A stretch of DNA of 64,000 nt from Geosiphon pyriformis uo1 (taxonomy: Eukaryota > Fungi > Glomeromycota), in the NCBI GenBank assembly GCA_016748015.1, contig JAAOMT010000602.1, positions 1,439,696 to 1,503,695 on the forward strand. Reading direction: 5' to 3'. Below the pieces are notes generated by a model. The model was not told the DNA's origin, did no database searches, and worked only from the letters and a program-made list of their open reading frames with translations. This document shows positions 25,474 through 37,245 of the stretch, one piece after another; position 1 is the first letter of the stretch; each line of letters starts with the position of its first letter. Made by a program: the position numbers and the translations under genes.

Positions 25474-27754
25474 CTCTTTGTCTCCTTAATTTTATGACCA
25501 CAACCAGAGCAAAGAGTAAAAAAGCTGCATTTGATATCTGTCCTGAGATATCTAATAAAATTTCAACCAGAGGAGCTTTCTCTGTTGTAGAAGCAACTAA
25601 GCAGAACGTTTTAGAAGCCTTCTTTTTACCCAGTAATCGTGAAAAACTGCCTTTGGTAACCACTGAATCAACTTTCTCATCATTAGCTGGTTTCTTACCA
25701 GTCAAAGTTCCCTCAAAGAAATACACTTGGGTTAGTTCCAGTGTTGCTTCTACTCCAACTAAAAGCCCAAAAGTATTCAACAATAGATCTGTTAACAAGC
25801 TGGTGTTCCCTTTCATAGCTTCAACATTTGGTGTTTCTAGCACCTCCTCTTCAAAGAAAATAGTCAAAAAGACCAAAAGTTCAAAAAACTGGGGGCAGTT
25901 ACCTGCCTCTGCTATTGTTATACCAAACTTTTTTGTGGTTCTAGATGAGATTTTAGATGAAATTTCTATAACATCATCTGGCACGTCATCCAAGATGAGC
26001 CAAGATCAACCACTGGCTGTATTGCCAAATGTGGTGTCTTCTGGCAGATTTTTGCCAGTTTTAGAAGCAAAACAATCTTCTTCTGTTGGGTTACCTGTTC
26101 TTGGGAACTGGACTGATCATATAGAAACTAAATTATCTTCTCCTCTAGTTTCTGGTGCTACTTTTGGTGGTGCTTGAAAAACTATTACTAGTTGTCAAAA
26201 GTTTGCTAAATGAGTGGCCTCTACTCTGGTGCCTGGTGCTATTTTTAAAATCAAATTGGCTTATGTTAAGGCTGTTTTTCAGCCAGTACATGGCTTTCTG
26301 AATGCAAAGTCAGTATCAAAGGACAATGTGAAGCTGTTTTGTGTGGAGTTTGCTTCTCAAGTGTCTTTAAAAGCTGCATTTTTGGTTAAGTTTGCTAGCT
26401 CTGTACATTTGGCCACTCTTAAAATTGCCAAGTCTTTGGTGGTTCCTGAGTCTGGTTTTTTTCTGCTGCTGTTGTGCTGTGTAATGTGTCCTTGGGTGTG
26501 TCTGCTATTGACATTAAGACAGCTTTCGGTGCATTTGGTAGTGTCATTTATGTTGTACTGAAGCCTGTTGGCATTTGGCAATATGTGGTGATTTATTTTA
26601 AGAAGTTGGATTCTGCCATGTCTGCTTTGAATTATTGGTCAGTATTAATGAGCAAGAATAGTATTAGGATCCTTCCCTTGGTGAATCAAAATAAGACTAT
26701 TTTGTTTTGTGATAGGTTTAAGGCCAAGTTGGTTAACCTTCCTCTTGGCTGTACTGCCTTTGAAATCAGTGATATAATTTCTTAGGTTGGTGGCCAGACA
26801 TGTTTTATTCCTTGGTCTCCTGATTCTGGTCATTATTTTCACTTTGCTCTAGTTACATTTGGCTCCCAAGCTAATTTGAATCTTGCTGTTACCAAAACTG
26901 GTACACTTAGAAAGTGCTATATCTGGTGGGAGACTTCTAATTGTTGGCATTGTTTTTGGTTTCAAGAAATAGATTACTTGACTGTAGACTGTGAAGTTGC
27001 TTTATCTCTCTTTCCTAAAGCTCCCAAGGTATTCAAACCACATTTTGTTGGTTTTTTGTCTTATGCTAAGGTATCTGCCCTCCCTGTTATGTCTGAATTT
27101 CCTCCTTTGGTAACTTCCACCCTTTTTGTGGCTACTGTTAATCCTGCTGTTGGGTCCAGATTGAACTCTTTGGAAAAGCAAATTTCGGATTTGGCTGCTT
27201 TGGTAAAGATTATTGTTGAGCCTATTGGCTTTTTAGTTGCCTTGGTATCTTGTCTCTTTGATGATAATGCTGTTAAAGCTGTTTAGTTTGAGAAAGATCT
27301 CCTTTTTATAAAATATGCTTCTAAAAATTTTGCCAATCTTTTTGTTGGTGTGTCTAAAAACATTGCTTGTCTTAGATCTGAAGTTGATTTTGGTGGCATA
27401 GATTATAATAATATGCAGGCCACCAAACCCTTTCTCTTAAGTGAAGACACTGTTAAGCATATTATAGCTTTGTGGCAGATGTCAGGTGCTGAGGTTAGAA
27501 GTAGTGTTGAATCTACTAGATTGTTTCTTAGTGAGTTTATTTTAGATTCTAGGAATCTAAATGGTATTATTGAAAAAATTTGTGGGTTGAAGTTATTTCC
27601 ACTTTCTATTGTTTCAGTGTAGTGTGTCCTTAATGGGTCCGAGTAACTAGTTATGTGTAGAGAGTACATGATTAACATTTAGTTTAGATTATTTCTTTGA
27701 TGTATAGTACTAGATTGTTTTTGGGCTGCACTCATTAAGCAAATAAAAAAAAAA
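25474..27754 (+). mobile_element. ORF1-only non-autonomous retroelement (HAL1-like), copy 2
   Basis: Same 20-nt leader ctctttgtctccttaatttt-ATG; ORF 25494-27622 with stops and one frameshift in a T-run near 26460; shared tail ending gggctgcactcattaa plus poly(A). Confidence 0.85.
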
Positions 27755-28564
27755 TTATAATTTTAAATAAAAAATCTTTTTTTAATAAATTTAATTTAAT
27801 TTAAATATTAAAACTATTATTTTGTTAAAAAATATAAATTAAGCCTTTTTATAATTATAAAAAAGTATTATTTAAACAAAATTAATTTTTATTTAACAAT
27901 TTTTATTTTTATTATTTTTTAAACATTATTTTTTTTCTTAATTTTTATATTATTGATCTTTATAAATAAATATTTACTAAAAATACAACTTTTTTACAAG
28001 ATATTAATTTTAAAAATAATATTGTTGAGTATTTTTTTGAATTTAAAAATTACAATAACAAATTTTTAATAATAATTATTAAAAAATTTAAAACAAGTTT
28101 AATTATTAGCTTAAAAAATTAAATTATCAAATTTAAAAACTGTATTATTAAAAAAAATTTAATACCTTGATTTTTAACACATTATAAAAAACAATAATTT
28201 GTTTTTAATTAATAAAAAAATTCAAATGTTATTTTTTATTATTAAATTTAATCAATAAGCAAAAAAATATTTAACAATATTAAAAAACTTGAAATACATA
28301 TTAACATATTATTACAAACTAATAAACTTTATTTTAATATTATAAATTTTATAAAAAATACCAAAAACATTCTTAATTATATTAAAAAAATGTTAAAAAA
28401 TTATTGTAAAAATTTATAACAGCAAAAACAGAAGCAAATTTAAATAATATAAAAGATTTTGCAATTTTAAAAGTAGTAAAAAATAATAAATTAACAAATT
28501 TAATTTTAATTTTAATAATGGTATTTAAAAAAACTTAAAATACAAATTTTACCCAAAAAATTTA

Positions 28565-28910
28565 NNNNNNNNNNNNNNNNNNNNNNNNNNNNNNNNNNNN
28601 NNNNNNNNNNNNNNNNNNNNNNNNNNNNNNNNNNNNNNNNNNNNNNNNNNNNNNNNNNNNNNNNNNNNNNNNNNNNNNNNNNNNNNNNNNNNNNNNNNNN
28701 NNNNNNNNNNNNNNNNNNNNNNNNNNNNNNNNNNNNNNNNNNNNNNNNNNNNNNNNNNNNNNNNNNNNNNNNNNNNNNNNNNNNNNNNNNNNNNNNNNNN
28801 NNNNNNNNNNNNNNNNNNNNNNNNNNNNNNNNNNNNNNNNNNNNNNNNNNNNNNNNNNNNNNNNNNNNNNNNNNNNNNNNNNNNNNNNNNNNNNNNNNNN
28901 NNNNNNNNNN
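28565..28910. other. Assembly gap (346 N)
   Basis: Run of N; it hides the kinase 3' end. Confidence 1.
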
Positions 28911-30141
28911 TCTATGGCAGTAGGACGATTCTTAGGATTAGGATCCCAACACTTTATAATTATTTCGGCAATTGGAGGTGGAATAAGTGGGGAGGTAATA
29001 TTAGGTCTTTGACCATTTAAAATAGCCATTATAAGGATTTCGTCATGAGGACAATCATGAAAAGGAGGTTTTCCTGTTGATAATTCCCATAATAACATTC
29101 CATAACTATAAATATCACCAGCTGTTGTAAACTTTTCTCCTCTTAAAACTTCTGGTGGAATATATGGAATCACTCCAAATATCTTTTTTTCCTCTGTTGT
29201 TATTGTTGTTGTTGTTGCTTCATAGTTTGTAGGTTGACATAATCCGAGGTCTCCAATAGTTACCCTAAAAGTGTATAATTGTAGGATGTTGCCCGAATGT
29301 AGGTCACGATGAACCAAACCAGTAGAATGAATATGTTCAAGTCCAGAAGCTATACTGTACGCGGTGTCTAATTTATCATACCAACTCGTAGAATGAAAAT
29401 TTGTTGATAAATATTTTCGCATATCTCCATGTACGGCAAACTCCATCACAATTCCATACTCGAGTGTTTCAGCGTTTCGCGTAATCCCCAATATTTTAGA
29501 GACATAAGAACTTCCATATCCCTTATAACTAAACATAGCTCTTTGAATATATAACTATCAAAACACAGTGTAAAAAAAGATTAAGTAAATAGATAATATA
29601 TATAGTAAATAAATAATAGGTAAATATGAATTAATTAAAAATGAATTAAATATAGAGATATAAATAATAATTCTTTGTTTACCTCTTTAAACACTTCTGA
29701 ACTGTTCTTTTTTATAATTTTTATTGCTACTTGCATCCCTTTTGTAAATCCATCTCTTTTATATTCCATTGAACCATGATGTTTTATACTATATAGATCA
29801 ATTAATCCATCAATTAGAGTTGCTTTATAAATTATCCCAAACCCTCCTCTAGCAATTTCGTTGATATTCAACAAACCCTCCCATGGAATCCATTCATAAT
29901 AATTCAATTCATCAGTATGACTAAAAGATTGATTATTATTAATATAGATTGGATTCTTAATTATTTTATCAACTTCTTCATTGCCACTTGAAAAGTCTTT
30001 ATAATGTTTTTCAAAAAACATGAACCAGCATTCTCTACAATAATTATTACTATAATCTTTAATACTCTTTTGACACCATTGACACTCATTGCAATCATGA
30101 GCGTATGGACGAGTTGTTCTTTTAATTTCTTTGTTTTCCAT
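28911..30141 (-). CDS. Tyrosine-kinase-like (TKL-type) protein kinase; exon 1 30141-29683, intron 29682-29555, exon 2 29554 to the gap
   Basis: IARGGFGIIY Gly-loop, VAIK, HRDLHSGNIL, DLG, IPYIPPE, DIYSYG, CW..P..RP. A 128-nt phase-0 GT..AG intron joins VFKE to LYIQRAMF in frame. N-terminal CxxC pairs. No internal stops. Confidence 0.92.
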
Positions 30142-31760
30142 GATATAAATAACGGACAAAGGATAAAATGTGAATAATTTATTATTCAAAGAGGGTTTCT
30201 TTAAAGGTTTATTTGATAGTACGTTTATAGTTATTTGTCCTAAAGGCGAGTTCTTATTTATATTGTTTCGCATAGTGTAACAAATCAATTTATTAACCTT
30301 ATTCATCAGACTGTGATTCGCTACAAATCATACTAAATAGGTTTAACTATGAACAAATCTAAGTAGCTATAATGCACAGAGACGCCAAACAAGTTTCTCA
30401 TTGTCACATTGTCTTGTTAATTAAATGAATAGTTCAATTTCTTTATATAACAACAACAATACTAATAAAAAAGATTTACGCTTCGTGTGATGCACATTCC
30501 GCGAGGGCCAAAACTTAAATTTTATTTTTGATATCATCAAATTTTATATTTATTCCCGTCGCCACAATTTTTATTTATCCCTCTGTTCACTAAAAGCTTC
30601 AAGAAGAAGCGCTTGCAATAAGTGCATGCCTATCGCCATTATAATTAGGACTGTAATATATATATTAGTTATAATTAAGGCAATTATGAAATATAAACAT
30701 ATTTTAATTTAGTATCCTTTTATTTCATTTACTAATAAATGGTAGGTTTATTAATTTTTATCATAAATTTAAATATGATTATAGATTAATTAAAAAGTTG
30801 TTTATTTATGTCGTTAAAATATTGATGGATTAACACTATTTTTAAACCAATCAAAAATTGAAGTTTTTAATTTCATCATCATCACAGTGTTATTTTTAAC
30901 AAACCATTAACTGATTGATTATATTAAATATATATAATAACTTTTAAATTAGTCATCAATTTATTTATTTTATTGTTGAATTAAAATTATTTATAAATTA
31001 TTTTAAAAAATTATATTTCTAAACAAAAAAGTTTACTAAGATTGTAATAAACTATATAAACAATTAAAATAATTTTAAATTTAAAGTAAAAATTTAAAAT
31101 TATTTTAAATGTTTAATTTCAATAATATTATATTCAAATTCAAAATTGGTATTTAAACAATTGTAAAGTTATTAGTTTTTAAAAAAAATGTTTTTATTAA
31201 TTATTATTTTTTTTTGGTTTTAACAAAATATAGTTTATATTTTTTAATTTAAAAATTAAACTATAAACTTAATTTATAGTATTTTTTACATATAATTAAC
31301 TATTTATATCTAAGTTAATAAATAAATGTTTATTTTTTAAACTAAAAATATTTAATATTTTAATTTACCAAAAAATTAAATTTTTTATATATTTTATTAA
31401 TAAAACTACTAAAAAACAAATTTAAATTTTATTAAAAAAATAATAGTTTTAATATAAAACACAAATTCAACAGAATAACCAACAAAAACTTAAAAAACAA
31501 CAAAAAACTTAAAAAATTAACTTAAAAAAAATTTAATATTATTTTTTATTATTTAAATTAATTAATAAACTAAAAACAATATTTAAAATAAATAATACTA
31601 TATTATTATTGTTTAATAAATTTTAACTTAATATTAAAAACTTTATAAAAACAAATTTTTTATTTATTTATAAATACAGTTTAATTACTATTTAATATAA
31701 AATAATTATATAAAATCTTAAATTAAATATATATTGGTATTTTTTAAATATAATTAATTA

Positions 31761-34700
31761 CTGGCTTGTAACAGATTTAATGTTTTACATGATGACAATT
31801 TTTCAGTATTGAAGGATATTTTTATACTTTTCTCTATTTTTGCTGTTAGTTTAATTGTTAAAAATACTTTGGAGAAAAACAGAAAGTTATGATTAGTTCT
31901 TCAGGATATGCACAAGACCTATGATTCTATTAAATGGCCTTATTTGCTCAATAGTTTAGTCGGAATTAAGATGTGTTCCCATTTTATAAGCTTTTTTGGT
32001 AGTATATACAATGATAGATTTAATCAGATTATAACAGATTTTGATCTGTCTGATAGTTATATTGTGTATAATAGTCTGGATCAAGGGGAGGTATTTTTAC
32101 CACTGCTGTGACAAATTTTCTATAACTTATTGCTCTGTAAAGTCAAAAAACATGAACAATTATATAACTACAAAATGTGTTCAAAATTCTATACTAAGTC
32201 TGATAAGTCTAATTCGAGCAATAACAGAACTTTATTTTTTGTTGCAGGTGCCTTTGTTGATAACACAATCTGAGTTAGAAACTGCTTAACTATGAGGCAA
32301 AATATCTTGAACATAGCCAATAAGTTTTTTTCTATTAATAACATTTCAATAAATACTAAGAAAACTATTGTTATCCCCATCAATCAAGATGTTTGGAAAG
32401 CTAAACTGTTCATTAGTGAATCAAAGATTTCAGTAGCTGAGAAGAGCAAGTTTCATTATTATTTGGGAATTTTTTTGTCAACTGAAGATTTGTCCAAGCT
32501 GAGTTTAGCCAAAGTTTATATTGATATTAAATTTTTTTTCGAATGTGGTTTTAAGGAAGGCCATTACTAAGAAGCAATTTTTGTATTTGGTTTCTGCTGT
32601 CTTGTAGCCTATTATTTGTTACAGACTTTAATTTAGCTTTGCCTCTAAGAATGTTTGTGAAAAATGGGACAAATCATTGAAAAAGAGGCTTAAGTTTAAG
32701 GCTAATTTGTCTAAAGACTTTTCTAGTATGGCATTGTATTATCCTAAATTATATGGTCTAAAGTCTTTTGAGCAGATACTTATTGAGAGTTTGATGACCA
32801 ATCTGGTCAATTTTAGTAATGCTGGTAGAACTTTTGGCAGATTTTTCAACCACAAAGCAATAGACTTACAGACAGCCAGTTAGATGTTCTGGCACTCTTT
32901 ATGCTTTCTAGTTACATTTTCTATTAATTTTTTGAATTGTTTTTTAGCTAGTACTACATGTGTTTTTGCTTTGTATAACACTTCTTTGAGTGGCACTCTT
33001 TTTAATGTTTTTTGGACTGGAACTGGTATGTCAATTTTGAACATGTTGGGCATAAGTAGTTACTTAAACATGAAAAATTTTCTCAAAAAATATGGTCTCA
33101 TTTTTGCCAACCAACTTTTGAATTGTTATGGTGTATGCTTTACTTGGAACACTTTTTACAGATAAAAAAGACTCGACCTCAAAGGTCTAATTCTTATCTG
33201 GTTTATCTTTATTACTAATTTTGTCAAGAATAGTAGTTTGGACAATTATGTGACTATGATGTTTTATTCTGCCTCCACCAAATTTTTTTGTGATATTGGT
33301 TTTATTTCTGAGTATTTGCTTGCCTCTAAACATGGCTCCATTGATGTTTACACTGATGGTTTTGTTAGAGATTTGGAGTCTATTGGTGTCTGTAATAGTG
33401 CTGCAGCTTATTTTTTAAAAGCTAATATGAACATTGGTGTGAAAGTTCTTGGCTTACTATTCTTTATACTGGTAGAGCTACAAGCCATCACTTTAACATT
33501 GAAATGTGTACTTGTCTCTAGTACAGTTATCTTGTTCACAAACAGTCAGGCATTACTGGATATATGCAAGTACAATGTGGGTGTGTCTGGTCCTGATTTT
33601 TACTACAAGTTCTGAATTAAGAAAGAGCATATTCATCAAGCTATTTTAAAAATGAATCTGTTAATTATATGGAGAAAAATTAAAAAACATTTAGGCATTG
33701 TCAAAAATAAGCAAGTAGATTTTTTTTGCTAATGCAGCAGTTTTTTTTAAGTCTGTACTATTCCTAAGTGTGTCATGTCACTTTTTTAGTGTTGAGAACA
33801 GGCCTATTTCTGAGAACACATGTCATTTTGTTAGAAGTTTGTTTAATGCCATCAATTTTGTCAGTTGAGAATCCAGATGTGGCACCAACATCATTGATGT
33901 TAGTGTTATTGGCAACATCAATACATCTAAGTTCTTCAGTGTTTGGCACCCTAATAATAAGATTCATTTCAGTTATACCAGTTTATCTTTAGCTTCTCTA
34001 CAGTCTTATTTTATGAAGTTTTTGTATTATTGCCTACCAGTTACTATAAGGAAGAGGTTGTATGATTCTAAGTATGTTAGTGTGATGTGTATTAAATGTA
34101 GAATGGTTAAGAACTCTAATTATCTGTTTTTATGTACACATAATGACAATGCCAGAAAAAATATATTACTGATCATTGGCACAGAGTAATATAAACTGGC
34201 TGGTGATTTTGCTGTGAAGAGTAAAGTTGCACAATTCTTGCATAAAGCTAAATTATTTGGTAATTTGTATATGTTATTGGCCAAGGGATTTGTGCTAAAA
34301 AACTGGGTAGCTAATGCTATTCTGTGCCTTGGTTCTGCTTCTGGTGGCAGTCTGATTGTCAAGTTGGTTTGCAGTCTTGCTGAGAGTTATAGGTTTAATA
34401 TTTGGTTGTCTGCTGTCAAATTGAAAGCTTTCTATGAAAAACACAATTTTTTACTATGTAATGAATCTGCAATGCCATCAGTTATTGGTTTGTCAAACTT
34501 TTGGGCTGTTGGAGTCATTTACAGCTTCAGTATTAGGTTGAATATTTATATGTGTTTTGATTTGTGTCTTCATTTTATTGGTTTGGGCTTTAGTTTCTTG
34601 AGTAGTGTTTTTTTAATAGATCTTATATGTGTATAGTACTGTCTTGACTGGGGTGAATGTCCAGTTATGTATAGAAAAGGCATAAGCCATATTTAATTTA

Positions 34701-34771
34701 AAATCTTGTTTGATTTTATGTATTTAGATAGTAGTTAGACTGCACTTGTTAAATTTTTAATAAAAAAAAAA
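31761..34771 (+). mobile_element. 5'-truncated, decayed LINE (RT, RNase H, Zn finger, shared tail, poly(A))
   Basis: QDMHKTYDS, LDQGEVFLPLL, FVDN, VYTDG..VELQAI..TNSQ; ORF ends ICV-stop at 34636, followed by the shared tail and an A-run. Confidence 0.9.
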
Positions 34772-35049
34772 TTAATTACTTAATTAATTAAATTAATATT
34801 ATGTAACTATATTTACAAAAACTTTATTACTTATATTAATAAAAAACAAATATTTAATTTTTAAACCAAAATTAAATTTTTAATTTTTTTTTATTCTCAA
34901 TAAATATACTACTTTCTTTAAAAAATGATCTAATAATTTTTAAATAATAAATAATATTAATTTATTATTAAGTAATAAATTATTTTTTTTATATTTGTTT
35001 AAAGTTTTAAATTAAATAATTAAATTCTATTTTTGTAACTTATAATTAA

Positions 35050-37240
35050 TTTATACACAAAATCAATTAAACAAAAAATAACCAACTTAATATTTACAAA
35101 AACTATTTTAATTTTAACAAATTAAAACTTAAACACAAAATTCTTAATTAAAAACTAAATACAAATTCATATTATTGAAATTTAAACTTAAAAATTAGAA
35201 TACAGTAAATATTGACAAATTATATTAGTTAAAAATTTTTAAAAATTAAAATATCAAATTAAAAAATTTAAGCTATATATAAAACTATGATTAAAAACTC
35301 TATTTTATTACAATATATACACAAAATATTTAAATAATATTTATTATAAAGTTTTTTTAAATTATAATAAGTAATTTTTTATATAAAGTTTTTATTATAT
35401 ATATATATACAAACTTGTTATATTCTTATTAATATTTAATAACTATGTATAAATTAAAATATTAAACCAAAATAATAAAATATTAATTAATATTATTAAT
35501 ATATAAATAATTTATAATATTAAAATTAAAATGAATTTTTTATAAAATATATTAAACTATATTGTTTATTAATTTAATAAAGTAATATATATTACTAAAA
35601 ACAATCTTGCTATTTACAGCCAAAAACTTTTTTTTAATATTAAGCAGTAGTATTAAACTAAAAAAATAGTTTAGACTATTAATTTATTGGTTTATTTATT
35701 ATTAAAAATAGCAAAATATTTTTTTATCTTTAATTATTTTTATAAAATATTTTATTATTAATTATATTAACTATATAATAATGTTTTATTTAACAACTAT
35801 TATAAAAATTAAACATAATTAAAGTTAAATTTGCTTAACAAATTTTTAGAACTGTTTAATTATTTAAATAAATTGTAACTCTATAAATATTAAAATATAC
35901 TTAAGAGCTAATACTATAAGTTATAATTCAATTAAAATAAAAAATAGTAAATTATAAACTTTTATATTCATATCTATATCCAAATTAAAAAAATAAGCTG
36001 TTATATTATTATTAATATTAAATAAACCAAAATTTTTAACTAAATTATTTATAAAAATTGTAATTTTAAGCAAACATAAGTTTTTTAAATTAGAATAAAC
36101 AATATTTAAATTATTTATACCTAATATATTTATTATAAATAACAGTTGAAAAAATTGCAAATAATTTTTAACCAAATTATTAACAATAATAAAGTCTAAA
36201 ATTAATAAAAACCAAAAAAAAACAAAGTTTCTAAAATTCAATTGTTTTTAATAACAATTTTTTTTAATTAAAACATTTATTATAACTATTTAGAAATTAA
36301 TTAACAAAAACTATACTGAAATATTTAAAAGATTTGACTATTTTAAAATACTTAAAATAACTTAAAACTTTTAAGACAAAAATATTATATTTAAAACAAA
36401 ATATATTAAATATATAAACTATTAAAAAAACTTTATTGTATAAAAAAATTCTGGTAATATTAGCTAAATTATTGTTCAGAAAATTAATTTTTAATTTAAC
36501 CAAAAACTAAAGTGGATTTTAAAAAACTCAACTTAAAATTTATAAATTTAATAATTTATATTTAAAAAGTCTGTTAAAAATATCATTTATATTAATAAAG
36601 TTTATAATCAATATTATTTTCTTTTTTACTTAAACTTAATTAAAAAATTTCAAATAATAAAAGAATAAATAATAAATAATTTTACTTAAAAAATCTTAAA
36701 ACAAATTAGTTTTTAACTTTAAACTTTTTTTAATTAAACAATTTTATATTTTATAAATATTTTCGTTAATAAAACTAAATTGATTTTATAATTAATAATA
36801 GATTAATTAACAGTTAAAACCAAATACAAGAATTATTTATTAAAAATAATTTTTTACAAAACTATTAAAGAAAAAACTTTATATCTAAGTTTATTTTTTT
36901 TAAACTAAAATTAGAAATAATTTTAGTCAACAAATAAATATTTAGATATTAATAAGATTTATTAATCTTAGCAATAAAAATTAAAAAATTACTTATATTT
37001 AATAAAATATTCCTAATTTTAGTATTACAATAGTCTTATTTAAAATAATTATTATATTATTAATCTTAAAAAACTTATTAGCAATATTCAAAATATTTTG
37101 TATAATTATATAATTATTATTAATTTTTGCCACAAATTTAGAGTCGACTTAGTAGCTAAAAAAAATTCATACTATTTATTTTACATAAAAAAAAGTTATA
37201 CAAAATTTTTTATAAAAAAAAAAATTTTTATTTTAATTTA
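35050..37240 (-). mobile_element. Extremely AT-decayed LINE ORF2 ghost (RT C-terminal half to RNase H)
   Basis: 'VKLKINFLNNNLANITRIFLYNKV...YFKIVKSFKYFSIVFVN' aligns to 'VRLRVSSVNNFLAGMVKIFLGNEL...YFDSVKSLKRFGVAFGN'. 'ITAYFFNLDIDMNIKVYNLLFFILIEL' aligns to RNase H 'AAAYFPVLDKSIGVTVRGLLSSTIAEL'. Confidence 0.7.
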
Positions 37241-37245
37241 AATTA

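Noticed and set aside
16103-27678. Many antisense ORFs over the LINE and ORF1-only elements (e.g. 17347-17886, 25457-25993)
   Set aside because: Shadow frames of the sense coding strand, with no motifs.
28562-28910. C-terminal part of the 324-aa kinase ORF in the track
   Set aside because: It is a translation of the N gap; the true stop is unknown.
30142-30306. N-terminal extension of the kinase ORF upstream of MENKE
   Set aside because: No domain-like content; more likely 5' UTR or promoter. Unverified without transcripts.
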